The position numbers and the translations under genes were made by a program. From Trichoplax sp. H2 (taxonomy: Eukaryota): a DNA stretch of 64,000 bases. The stretch lies in assembly GCA_003344405.1 (NCBI GenBank), contig NOWV01000123.1, positions 124,001 through 188,000 of the forward strand, read 5' to 3'. The notes under the pieces are model-generated. The model was not told the origin of the DNA and did not search any database. It was given only the letters and a program-made list of their open reading frames with translations. Of this stretch, positions 41,468-55,091 are shown one piece after another (position 1 is the stretch's first letter; each line of letters starts with the position of its first letter).

Positions 41468-41621
41468 AGCAGGGGACTACTCGATGTAAATAGTACCCCG
41501 TGCATAAAAATTGTCACTCTCGGCCTAGAAAGAAGAGAATGGATCTTGTTCCCTTTCTAGGGTAGGGGTGACAATTTTTATGCAACAAGAGTGCAATTTT
41601 GATTGAGTAGTAGTCCCTGCT
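41468..41621. mobile_element. Fold-back / MITE-like inverted repeat, about 154 bp
   Basis: Nested complementary arms: agcagggg/ccctgct ends, perfect 17-bp tgcataaaaattgtcac (41501-41517) / gtgacaatttttatgca (41568-41584), inner ctagaaag/ctttctag. Mobility inferred. Confidence 0.5.
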
Positions 41622-41812
41622 AAGAGTAGCACAGTCCAGTCTTACGAGTTTTACGTACTGTACAATAGTCAGACGAAATATATTCAGTAGCACTCTTGGC
41701 GATATCCGATCAATATTAACTCAGTAGTGTAATCCTACATCGCCTACTTTTAGCATGATCTTCTATATTACTATCCGTACTGTGTGCAGTGTTGCAAAAA
41801 AGTGCATTGAAA

Positions 41813-41934
41813 AATAGTACTTGTCACCCCTTTGAGTACTATGTATTGTATACAACGTCGCAAAATGATACTAGAATAGTGTACCGTAGTGGTGCGCTCG
41901 AATACAAAGTACTCAAGGGGTGACAAGTATTATT
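41813..41934. mobile_element. Second MITE-like inverted repeat with arms of about 34 bp
   Basis: aatagtacttgtcacccctttgagtactatgtatt (41813-41847) is the near reverse complement of aatacaaagtactcaaggggtgacaagtattatt (41901-41934). Confidence 0.5.
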
Positions 41935-41938
41935 CAAC

Positions 41939-42202
41939 GAATCAAACATGAAAGAGTTTGATATCGCAAGCTGATGAATACATTATATACAGTACTGTAC
42001 TGTAGTGTATACAGAGTACACTACCGCCAGCAAAAACTTCACCCTTTGCTCGGACTGGACTGTATTCAGTGAATCAAACATGAAAGAGTTTGATATCGCA
42101 AGCTGATGAATACATTATATACAGTACAGTACTGTAGTGTATACAGAGTACACTACCGCCAGCAAAAGCTTCACCCTTTGCTCGGACTGGACTGTATTCA
42201 GT
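41939..42202. repeat. 132-bp tandem duplication just upstream of the AGBL4 ATG
   Basis: gaatcaaacatgaaagag...ctcggactggactgtattcagt starts at 41939 and 42071; I see two substitutions. Confidence 0.95.
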
Positions 42203-42222
42203 GTAGTGACGGTAAAATCGAA

Positions 42223-45200
42223 ATGGCGTCTACGGACAGTTGCGATAGCAGCGATTCTGTTGGCGATCAATCTACAAGTAATAGCCGCCACAATGTGCAC
42301 CTACGATTAGGCAATGTATCCAATTATTATGCCACTCCGCCAAATTATAATGCCGCCATTAAGAAAGGTCACTTAAAATTCGATGCTGAATTCGAATGTG
42401 GTAAGTTCATTTCACCATGGCAACCATCAGAACCGAACAACGATCTTTATTCTAATCGAGCTTTAAAACCAAGCTTAATAATATCCATCGTAAAACGATT
42501 ATAAATGGATATTACAGTAGTTACACTGAAAACATCGGTTGTTTCAACTTGCATTAAAATTGAAACTGAAACTTTAATATCCGTCAGTATTGTATACCGT
42601 TGGCGTTGTTAGGATTGATAGACGCATCAGATTCCGACTTCAGTTTTCAAATTCTAATGTTAAAAATGTCAGCTTTTCTTACTGTTTCAAATTGTTTATT
42701 ATCAATCTTTCTTTATTACTATCTGTACAATGTATATGTTGCCCATGCTATATCTGCCTTTATATGATATATTATAGCCCAAATTAGAAGTATGAGATTG
42801 TTATATGTCTACCATAACATACCATGGCCATAGATCATTATATGCGTATTGCGTATATGGCTGATATTTTATTATCTTTACAATTTCAGGTAACTTATTG
42901 AAAGTGGAGTATATATCAGAGTTCGAATATGATTTATATGTGCGTCCAGACATTAGCAATTCTAGGTAAATAATAGCAATCCATCAAGTAAAATGAGTTG
43001 CTCCTCTTTATGTATTCATATTGTACTTGAGATTTCCTACTATAAGGTATCTTCATTATCCTATTAGGCTTGCATAATGCAAGCTATTCTGTGTGCTTAA
43101 CAATAATACTTTTACACCAGATCGTTACATCGTTGCCATATACTATTTAACTCCTACTATCATTAACGTTGTTTTTCTGCTACCCTTCGGATTTTTTTTT
43201 AACTACATATCCTGATACTGTATTGTTTTATATGCTATCATAACATAGCTAACGAGATCTTATTACAACATGGACCTTATATTATTGAAAATTGTTTACC
43301 TAATAGTGCAATGTTTTCCCTGTAATTTTTTTAGATTTCGCGTCTGGTTCTATTTTACAGTATCGAATAACAAAGCCGGACAAGTAAGAATAATATCAAA
43401 GAATTCTGGATGTTATTGTTTGTATTACTTAGACAGTTGCTGTTATCTGGTTATGACAGATTTCCTTTTAGCATCGTTCTGTTAATGACATGATGAAAGG
43501 CATACGATGTTTACACTACTTACTGAAAAAATATAAATCTTCTGCGTTAACTCCTACATTTTAGAGGGCAATATTCAATATTGTCAATTTTAGTAAGACC
43601 AAAAGTTTGTATCGTGATGGAATGGCACCAGTTATAAAATCGACGACACGGCCAAAATGGTAAGAGATATATCTTATCCGTCACGTACTAGCAAATATTT
43701 CAATAATAGATTTCTGTTACTGCACTACATGCTAATCTAGCAGGTGAATACGTCACCTCAGTAGAATAAAAAGCTTTTTAGAAGTGGCGTTAATATCGGT
43801 TAACAGTTCGTACGCATATCATAATCGGATAGGGTTAGGTTATCGGCAAAGAACGCCTTTTACTATCGATCGCCAGATCATGACAATAACTACGTTATGT
43901 CGTTTGCGGTTGTATTAGATAAAGAGAACGAAGAATATAGTGTGAGTAGGATACGAGAGAGCCGCTGATAACTGCTTATTATAATATCAGCAACCATAGA
44001 TAACATTTTTCTAATTTAAAACTTTCATCTTCTTGCCAATTCTAGTTTGCCTATTGCTACCCGTATTCCTATTCTAAGCTCCAACGTTATTTAGATGCTA
44101 TTGAAGCGAGATCGTTGCGTTATGTTCGAAGAGAGTGTATTGCCTTGACATTGGTATGACACCTTACTGAATGCTATCATCAGTTGCAATAACGCACAGA
44201 TCGCTATGATGTATTATGTTATCTATATTATACTACATATCTTGGCTTTAATAAATGCTCGAATAATTCTGTCTTTTATATTGCAACCAAACAGCAACAC
44301 CGTCGTTTAGATATGATAACAATAACTTCGCCAGGTACGGTACTCCATATGATTATTCCTGACTTGAATAAATTTTAAGAGCTAACTTGTTAGTTTTTTA
44401 AACATCTCAAATTTTTAAGTTAGACGAATGAAATCTGTAATACATACTTTCTTTACGAATATGAGTATCTCATAATTAATGGATTTTGTTTCGCTATTGC
44501 AAAAAAAAATAGGAAATCTACAGCATGATGTGGAAAAGAAGTTAATCTTTATCAGTGCTAGAGTTCATCCGGGGGAATCCCCGTCATCTTACGTTTGTCA
44601 AGGTAACTAGATATTATATTACTCATAATGTAATTAGCAAATAAAGCTCCATATATGTCTAATTTAAAATTAAGAAACAGATCTATTGTTTCAGTTTTAA
44701 CTTGAATCTATTTGTAATATAGGAATAATTGACTTTTTGATAAGCGACTCGCCTGCGGCGAAGATATTACGGGATAACTTAGTGTTCAAGATAGGTTAGG
44801 ATGATACATTTAGTAACAGCGTTTCATTTCTGATTTCCTTTTGTGATTCCATTCGTTTAAAAAAGCCAAACATGGGAGAGCTTTTTAATTAATATTTTAA
44901 ATATAAGATTGATTTATTTCAATTTATGCTAGTGCCAATGCTAAATCCGGATGGAGTCAGTGTTGGAAATTATAGGTTTAAAATGAAATGATTTGGCTAA
45001 TAAATTAACAATTGCGCAAATGCGTTAGTTATATAGTACATCGTATGTAAGTATGCTAATATGATCTAACAATATTACGTACTAGATGTTCTCTAGCTGG
45101 TGATGATCTAAATCGCCACTGGCATAATCCTACTCGGCAACATCCTACTCTTTCTGCCACGAAAGATATTTTAATGGAACATGATAGTGACAATGTAAGC

Positions 45201-46815
45201 TATATTTATTTATCAATAATATTGATCCTTTTGGTGATTGATTATCTATTTCGTTTTAGACATGCAATGTAGAGTTTTACGTTGATATTCATGGTCATAC
45301 CTCACTTGTTAACGGTATTGTAAAAATTATATGTGAACTGAAACCACTATCATTATTTATAGAACTTCAGAATTTAACACAAAGTTTATAAATTACCGGG
45401 TTTTCCTATTTTAGCTTTTATTTATGGAAACATTTTCGATGATAGCACCAGATTCGAAAAGCAAAGTATATTTCCTAAACTATTGAGTAATAATGCGGAT
45501 GATTTTTCCATGGTAAGGAATACTAGCCCAATATTATTTCAATATTTTATGAATGATTACAGCAAAGTATATTTCCTAAACTATTAAGTAATAATGCCGA
45601 TGATTTTTCCATGGTAAGGAATGCTAGCGCAATATTATTTCAATATTTTATGAATGATTACTCAATACCGATTGATTATTCTAAATTGCTCAGATGTTAC
45701 CTAATTAATTTATGATACACTATCAGCTACAAATAATCACAATTCCGAAAGATTTACAGTAAATAATGCAATTTCTATATAAAGGCAAAAACATGCTTCA
45801 ATAAAGACGCAGTAAAAGCTGGGACTGGAAGAAGGTATGCGTATTAGCGGCTAAGATTAGCTTTTGCACGCTTGTACTAATTTTAATATCGACCTAATGC
45901 AGAATTCTTTCTTATAACTTTGTGCATAGATTTCTAGGAAGTTATCTTAATCCGAATGCCTTATGCTATACTCTTGAAGTATCATGTTACGGTTATCAAA
46001 ACGTCGCTAATTCCATTACCCCGTATACGGAAGAAGGATGTATCTAAACCTAATAAAAAATCTTCATTTTCGTTTTTGAAAGTGACTAATACAGTGCTAG
46101 CCTCTGGCGTATTTTAGCTGGAGTATCTTCGTTAGGTTTATGGAACATTAGTTCATTTTATATAGAGAATCTTATAAATAAATCCGTAATTCGATGACTA
46201 GCTTATTTCTCTTTTATGTATTGATCAACTACGATAACAGATTTAACGTTTCCTTGACTCATAATTAATTAATTAATCATTACAGTTATGCGCTTAGGAC
46301 GAAGTTTTGCAAAAACATTTGTAGATTATTACGAGCTAAATGGATGTGTTAGCGAACTTGTGGCCGAACGAGCTGCTGCAGCTGCCATTCGAAGGAAAAA
46401 TGCACGAGAACGAGAGGGGAACAAAGGTAAAAAACAAACAGGCGATAGAGATATTAAGGAAACTAGGAAGACTGATTCTCAAGCAGTTTTATGGAACAGT
46501 TCTAAACAGAATTATGAAGGGTAAGTCTTAAGACATTTATAAGATTATTTTTAATTGATTTTATCCTAATTGTGTAAAATGATTCGTTATCAATTACATC
46601 AATTATATATCAATTACAGCTTTTAAACTAATTCTTATCTTTAATTTAGAATTAAGAGCGCTCTCGAATTACGTAGAAGTCGAAACTACAAACTACAAGG
46701 TAATTCGATCGAGAAAAACCCGAAAAGCTCCATCAGCAAGATCGACGAGTTTTCTCCTATTTCCTTAAAGTTACGTCATAGAGAAAGATTCTATAGTAAA
46801 GATTTTAAATTATAA
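42223..46815 (+). CDS. AGBL4: Cytosolic carboxypeptidase 6 (tubulin deglutamylase), multi-exon
   Basis: GHLKFDAEFECG|NL, RFRVWFYFTV, NFSKTKSLYRDGMAP, FAYCYPYSY, M14 zinc motifs ARVHPGESPSS and DIHGH, PMLNPDGV, DLNRHW, KAGTGRR, YTLEVS. Confidence 0.92.
45460..45661 (+). repeat. 101-bp tandem duplication spanning an AGBL4 exon 3' end and splice donor
   Basis: agcaaagtatatttcctaaac...atgGTAAGG...atgaatgattac occurs at 45460 and 45561. Confidence 0.95.
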
Positions 46816-47924
46816 GTTATAAATAAGGACTAATTTTCATATGGAATCAATTGTTTTAATTTACAACTGCCTAAATATTGAAAAATATATTGAAATCCGC
46901 TTATATTAGCAATCATGACACAAATGAATTGTTTGATTAGTATTGTACATTATTGAGATAGCAAGTGCGTCTTGCAGTGAACCCTTACTAATCAAATTTA
47001 TGTACAGTAATATCTATAGTGGAATGGTACTATATTTAGATCTAAATCTGAAAGTTAATAACTTGGCCTTAAATATATTTAATCAGAATGGTAGACTTAA
47101 CGTTATTCGGAATAGCCTTTTATCGTTACTTACTGAGTTATTAGCATTCTCAGAATGTTATTTATATTTCAGTAACGGTAAAATCACTATCCTGTTGCGA
47201 GGACAAACGTATATTATCTAAATAACGTTGAATTAACTACAATTATTTACTAATTCAATTTATTTGAGAAATACTTTTCTCACATTTTTCTTGAGCAGAT
47301 GTGCAAATTATTACAAAACAAATAAGAAAAAATTTTTCAGTCATTGCTGTACAAATTATATTATTATGAATGCATGATTGCAGCATTAGACTTCATTCAA
47401 TGATGTATCAAATAGTTCTCCGAATTTGCCCATCATAATCGAGCATAATAAAATTTCGATTACATATCAAGATACGGCACATTTAACAAGAGCAAATCAA
47501 AGATTTCGCTATACTTGCGTAGAACATTGATCAAATAGGATATTATTATTTACTATACAGTAATACGTAGAAGTAGAAATTAATCCAAATAACGTAATAA
47601 TAACAGTACTAAAGGTTGATGTCAGTACTTACTCTTTATAAAAAATTTGATCATTACATGTTTACTATTATCATACATTAATTAGCACAGGAAAAGTATC
47701 GCACCGACCGCCATGCAATTTGCTCAATGAAAGGGCTTGACGAAAGGCGGCAATATAGTCACAATGTCGAGTTATGCCATTATCATGTCAATGATGAACT
47801 GTACAGTACGGCAAATATTGATGCCTTTTACCTAAGCGATAGTACCTTATAGGTAGCAAATGTACTTAGTAATTACATTATGTACTGTATATTTAAGTCG
47901 TCGTTATACATAAGCATTTATGAA

Positions 47925-50900
47925 TCAGCTTTCAAAACAAAATTCATAGTCAAACACAGTATATGGCAAAATTACTAATTCATCATTTGGAGTTGGCATA
48001 GGTATATTCCATGTACACCAACTGCCATCGAAGGCATAGCGACCACATACACCGTCTACTTTATTACTGATGTCATTTTCGTTGCTACTATTTTGTATTT
48101 TATTTATATCCTTATCTTTTACTCCCCAATCAAGCCGCAGTCTAAGGGATCTCTTTCTTACGTAGTTATTTTCTGCTTGGGTTTCAAGTTCGCTTATGGA
48201 ATTCAGTAATTGGTCTAGCACGCTAGCCTGCTGTTTACGAATGCGTTTCACGTCCGCCTTCATATTTAGTTCTTTTACCTTGCTAGGTATAGGGATTTTA
48301 TAACCACTTGCCATATCATTTGATTCACTATCTGATTTATCGACCTTACTAGCATTAGTTGATGCACAGGTTTTATTTTCAATTTCTATCGTAGGTGATA
48401 AACTTTCCAGATCGTTATTTACTCCGCTAGTGTCACTGTTATCGTTTTCTATTGCACTTTCAAAAGCAGACGCGTTAATATTATCACCATACGATGTCAT
48501 CGCTGTGGAGACAGTAGAGTCATTTTTAATAATTGGTAAGGATTCAACACGTGGTATTTGAATACAGGCGATTGCTGGTTTATTAATGACATCTAAAGTA
48601 TCATCGCTTAAAGACTTCTTTATACGTTTCGGCTCGGTTTCTTGGCTATCTCCATCATGTACATTATTACTGTCATCAAATTTCCTTTTCATTTGATCGC
48701 CATTTTGTAAGATGCTATTTGAGCCTCTCAAATAATCTCGTTGCCATTGCTTGAGCAATTCCTTTAACTGTTTCTTTACATCTTCATTGGCAATCTTCTT
48801 ACGTATATTATTAACAACCTTACCCAAACGCGTTTTCTGAAAAATTTCAATAAATTATGTCAGAAACGTAAAATTGCCAAAGGTAAACATATTTTACTAA
48901 GATGTGGGACAATTATAGAAGTAATCTTTCGACGATTTCGTGATAAAGTATGCCGCTATACAAAAATAAAGCACTTTGATAATTATCTAAACGCATGATA
49001 AACTTGAATAACTATGGTATTTACTACTGTAAGTCATATAGTAACGAAAATCCTTAGTGGAGGTATAAAAGTATCTCAGATCTTATTCTTTTATTATTAA
49101 TAGTAGCATGTCGTGTTCGTGATTCTTGGCGTAAATGTATTGTTATACTGTCAATGTATAGCACTGTGTAAGTAAAAATACATACTGTGTATGCATTCGA
49201 CAGACTAATAATAGTATGATTTCCATGGTAGTATTTGTCATAGTGTTACATTCCAATAAATTGCTATAGTAGGGTACTGAAAAAATTTTGAAACCCTAAA
49301 TAGTGATATACCACATCTACAATTATTTTTATCTGACTACATGATTCGACCATTTTGCCAGTACAGTAAACGACGTAAACAACAAGTATCACAGTAAAAC
49401 ATACCGTATAGAATTAGGAACGTTTATACAGTAATCATTGTGCAGGAACATTCAGAAACATATTCGTATACTGTATATCTTGGGAGTGAGATAAACCTTA
49501 GACTACAAGAAGAAAAGGTTTCTTCTAGTAGTCCATGCGTAAATCAATACATTCTTTTTTGTTCTTCTTAAGACATAACGATACACCTTAGGGAATTGAG
49601 TACATCATGGCAGCCGAAGATGACACATACTGTAGACTAGATATACGCGTAGATACACGTCTACTAGACGAACTGTATTTGGCCCCACTTGTACCGTACT
49701 AAACAAAACAAAGGTTCGTAATGGGGCTTTAGACCGCCAAAATGCTGCAACTTCGGAATCTGAATTTCTCGCGCCTGCTAAAACTACCACTGTAAAGAAA
49801 ATTACCTCAAAATAGTTAAAAATAGACAGTGCGCAGTATACCTTATGCATAGCGCGGAACTGCATATGTAACCATATAGGTAGTCTAATTACTCGTCAAT
49901 TCTTAAAATTATTGTCACCAATTCCAGATCTTTGATCTATGACTTAAAATAATATTTATTAAATGCAGATTAACTTACTTTATACCTGTACTACTGTCCT
50001 GCAGCCTGCATTTCGAGAATCAAGCGTTCTAACTATGAACTAATAGGTCTACCAAAATAGTATCCTAGTAGTCAATCGACATGGTATGTTTTTATACAAT
50101 ACCGTATAGCTGTACTTTGATGGAAGATAATATAAAACAAATTGTAATAAGTCGCTTTCACATACTGCTGTAAAGTAGTAGCGTTTCGATTATTTTCGTA
50201 TCACCATAAATACTCGTATACCGTAGGTTACTGTATACAAATTTTAAGGATAACGGCTTCCCTTACATAATATCTAACTCAAAACATTAAGCCGAAAGAA
50301 GTTACTGAGTGACACATACGACTCGTATCATACTTTATAATTTACGAGTTTCTGTATAAAGTTACATTAATGTACGTCTACGATTTACAATTACGGCATA
50401 CCCAGTGCACCGTGTTAATATAAGTGTTATAATAAATAAATGGTCGCCTATTTAAAATTCTGAGATAGAATGATGCTGTACATTGGTTGTGAGTAGCGAC
50501 GTCACTACATGTGCTGTATGATATTAAGCATATATTTTAACTAGTTAGCTAATTTCTCATTAGCTGGACAGAATAACTTGTACATTTGCATAATATTGCA
50601 ATAGGTTTCAAATTACGTATGTCTCAACAGCTTCATACGTAAACGGTCTCATTTGCCTGATTTTGAAAACGTATAGATTTCTATTTTTTAAAGGTGTTGT
50701 GGAAAACTATTATGCTGTAAAAAAATAACTGTCAATTTCCTTTCTTAATTACTTAATTATACAAGCATTTCTATTCGTCATTAATATTAAACAATAATAA
50801 AGTTCTTAAAACTTTGGATGTCAATGTAATAAATATACTATGGAGTTAGCCGTAAATTTGCTGTTAGTAGAATTTGTAGAAAGCATGAAATGCATGACTG

Positions 50901-52975
50901 CAGCAATAAGAGTCCTACAGTATATAATGTATTTATCAACAACAATATATCATTTATTATTTCAATAAGCAAAATTATTAGATGAAAAGTAGCCCCATTG
51001 AATGTAATAAATTCTACATATTTCGCATCGTAATGATACATGTGTACAGTCATAAAATATATTACTAAGTTGAAAAATCGATATTCAAACTGAAGAAGAT
51101 CATTATCGGGTCAGATGATACTTACTTCTAAAATATCTTTGGAAACAATTTGATGTTGATTTCGAAGTGCATTTATGCATACTTGTAATTTTTCCTGGTC
51201 TTGCGTTGAAGTCTACAATCAGTATTCAGTTTCAAAGCAATAAAATCAGTATCACTATTAAGATCTTAAAAAGATTCACGCTATAAATGTTGTACATTTC
51301 AGCCTTCGATCGAAATTGATGACTTTGGCTTATACCTCGCTAGAAGTTAACGAGCACTTTTGTAAAATATATCATTAACAATTTCAATTTCATCTTACTA
51401 CTTTATGTTGGTAGCATAAGTGCAATTTTACTCAATATCTTAACAGTGTGAACGATATCCAGGTTAAAACCAGTGACAGTATAAGCTTAATCAAAACTGT
51501 TTTCGACCTAATTTAGTGGGGTAAATAGTATGCATACCAATGCTAGGCCAAATCACTATCTTAACGTCATGTACTATAGCAAAATGGATATAGCATAGAC
51601 ATACTTCTTCATGAATTAATTAATATACCTACTATTGATTTGTTCAAATTAATCAACGATAAAAGATTTTTTCCTTCTACTCGTTCTTATTGTAGACCGT
51701 ATAGATGAATTGGACAAAATGTATTATTTTGCCCTAAAATCAGCAAGAGCAACACAGGATGATCCAATTTAATTTCTTTACTGTTAATACTAATATTATT
51801 TTCGAATTAGTGAGGCAATATGAGGTCACTTTCCAAGATTTCATTATCATGACTCATAGGGCAAATCTAAGATAAGCACTGGACATAAAATTATTCAATA
51901 TTATTGCGATATACTGTATACCGGTGGTTAGATTAGTTACAACTGTAGCATACTGCATAGTACGTATTGCCATTCTTGATTTATGAGTTATGCATAGAGT
52001 AAGCTTTCAATTCATTTTGATCATGCTCGCAATGTTAGTATTAGGCATTTGTAGGTCATTTGCAAATGCATTAATTGCACTCGTTAATACGTGCAGTCCA
52101 GTACCAATATAGTAAGTTACAATTAGCGACTTGTACAGTACAGTAAAAATGATGAATGGAATTTCTTCTTAAAACGTGCTATGTATAAATAAAGGAGCTT
52201 GAAAATAGCTATTTTAAAATTGAAGCCTTGAAGGTAAGGGAGTCCATACAGTTGGGTCCATTTTGTAGTAGTCTCATGTCTGCGTTACTATTTTTACACG
52301 TCAAAAGTCGCCGTCACCTGTCATACCCGGAGATAAGAAGCTGAGAGCAGACGAGGTTGAGCGTTTTTGCGTACTAGACGTATAGCAGGGGATCATTGTC
52401 CTGCAATATAATCCAGTACAGTACACAGGTGCAAATGGCTAATATACTGTACTGTATAGCACTGTAACTACTTTAGTACTGTACAATACCTTACTAGTCA
52501 CATTGTAACAGGATTGTACTGTACTCAGTGAAGTGAGTGAATAGCACAGCATGTTACAAAGACTAGAAATGTTGTACGCTTCAAGGTGAACACTGTACAG
52601 TATGGAATATTCACTGTACTATTGACTATACAGTAGACATGGCCACATCGATATCCAATTATTTTCCCGATTGCATATCCGTTTTCTAGCGGAATTACAG
52701 ATACTGCATGATGTGTGTAACAAGAAATCAAGTTCTAAAAAGAACATAGATTACTCTAGAAAAAGTTGATGGAATCAAGACTGTAACACACCAACAACAC
52801 TCTTAGCATGAAGGTGTTCTCAAACTGCTCACAGTCACACTTTAAAAAACATGGCGGCCCAGTGATATACAGTGAGAAATTATTACTTGTAGTCACTTAC
52901 GTTCCCTTCGTCGTCGATCTGATGGAAAACCGCTTTCAGATCCTCAGCGATAACATCAGCAGACAATACGGACAT
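47925..52975 (-). CDS. MED26: Mediator subunit 26, 3 exons (52975-52901, 51212-51126, 48836-47925)
   Basis: MSVLSADVIAEDLKAVFHQIDDEGN|TSTQDQEKLQVCINALRNQHQIVSKDILE|KTRLGKVVNNIRKK...LLKQWQ (TFIIS-N-like domain) and C-terminal GVCGRYAFDGSWCTW...LVILPY. All junctions phase 0. Confidence 0.85.
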
Positions 52976-53149
52976 AGAAGTTGGCAGTTAGTAGAGTTTA
53001 CTAATGGAAATTTGCCAACGTAGCCAACTAAGAGCAGCAAATAATTTTTAGCCAACCGCCACCATCTAACTTTCACGTTAAATGTACAATCGTGTACCTT
53101 GATGTCGGCTATAAAAGCGTAACACGAACTTGCTGGATGTATCACAGCA

Positions 53150-53770
53150 CAGTACAGTACAGTCTCTAGACTACTAGTCTACTACATATAATATAGTGTA
53201 CTGTATGTCTGTATATGTACAGTACACTGTACAGTATAATATCAAGAGGACAGTACTGTACTGTATGGTAGTAGTACTGTATACAGTACTGTACTGTACA
53301 GTGTACAGTCCAAGAACTGTCCTGCTAGTACAGTACTGTACAATACACTACACTACACTTCTCCAAATCATTTGTTACAAATACTCTACAGTACAGTCTG
53401 TACTGCACCCTAGTAGTACTTTTGGTGTTGGGATACTGAATTATGGAAATGAGGTGAAAGTTCCTTTGAAAGGATACCGTTGTCTTGTCATGTGCAGTAC
53501 AGTACTAAATAGTGATATAAAAAAATACACCTTTATATAAAGTGAATGTCACTGCCTTTGTACCTCGGCTATCATCATGTTCTATACTGTAGTTCTAGTG
53601 ACCATTCATAGACATTGGACAATGGAATGTACTGTAGATTGTACAGTGTACAGTACTGTAAAACGGCATCTTTGACTGAATCTGTTTTACAGTATAGCAA
53701 CATCATGTACTGTACTGTACTGTACTGTACTGTACATGTATGTACAGTATAGTACTGTACAGTACAGTGA
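53150..53770. promoter_or_regulatory. Largest TACTG/CAGTA pentamer array, upstream of the MED26 start
   Basis: For example gtactgtactgtactgtactgtactgtaca (about 53707-53736) and tacagtactgtactgtacagtgtacagt. Confidence 0.55.
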
Positions 53771-55091
53771 GACCCTTAGACTCTGAAGGTGTACAGTATA
53801 GGAACGTACAGGAGAACCGGCAAGCTAGAATACAGTATTCGATTACGACTGGATTATCTGTCTTCATGTTGTTGTTTTTATGAATGATGTGAAGTTGAAA
53901 TGTTGATGCATAATCAAAATTGAGCAGGGCGCCTAAAGTGCAATTCAACAACATACTCATATATTGACAAAAATACTATACGGTAGTCACATACTGTACA
54001 AGGACGACTCAAATGTGTTTATACGCGTCAACTATACAGTATACAAGAAGTTAAATAACCTACTCGATCGTTGCTGCAATCTAATCATTCTAAAAAAGGA
54101 TAAAGTTACCTTATAATCGTTGACTTTACTAAAGTCATTACGATTTCGTGATTTATACAGTAATATACTGATTGACTATAACCTGAACGAGCTTTCAGTA
54201 AAACGATTAGCTTCTTTCAAAATTGCTGGAGTCCCCCCTAATACAATTCGCATGCAAGCAATTAGCACTCTTAGATCGACTTCACACGGCTCACAAAGAG
54301 CACTTTCTTTCAGTGCATTCATGCAACGAGTAAACAATACTCGACAGATGCTGCAATTCCTACCATTGCATTTTTTGCCACCGCCAACAATGACGGAATA
54401 GTAGTTTTATTAAGTCATAATACAGTACCTGCACGATTATGAGAAATCGATCACTGTTGTACAGTAGTCAACTATAGAATATACAGTGTAAAGAATTAAC
54501 AAGCCACATAAATTCCTACAGATATCAAATATTAGCTCCTGTAGCAGTAGTAATCGTGTTTACAGACTGTATCTCTGTACTGCAGATGTGTGTATTATTA
54601 CCGCAAAACTTAATCTATCATACACTTGGAAATTTCATGTTGTTAGTCTCACGTGCAGCAACAGCTGAATTAAAGCTGACCTAAACTTACCATCACTTAC
54701 AGCAGTATGGTGCGTAGCTTCTTTCATATCAAACATGGATATACCGTTCATAGATTCAATAACGTAAAAGATAGAATTGTTGTAGGATTCCAATTGGCCA
54801 ATCAATAGTTATAATAATCAATGCAGCAACAGTATTACAATATTCTCAAACAGAATTTATTGGTGGAAACGCGACCATTTCGTATGAAACAAGACGTTAC
54901 GTATTTATTAATAGATGTATTATTAACTGCATGCTGTAAATATTACAGTATATATCATATGCAATATGGAAAAAATAATATCAAAATCACTCTATTTTAA
55001 AAAACTAAACTTGGAAATGCCGAGAAATACCACAGATAACATACAATATTCAGCATGACTTATATCGTTTTTAATAGCTGGTTTAGCGTGC

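Noticed and set aside
41939-42202. Hammerhead ribozyme in the tandem repeat (CTGATGA and GAAA present)
   Set aside because: I could not form stems I-III with the required core geometry.
53196-53960. 114-aa and 85-aa ORFs (YCTV/QYSTV repeats)
   Set aside because: Same pentamer-array artefact.
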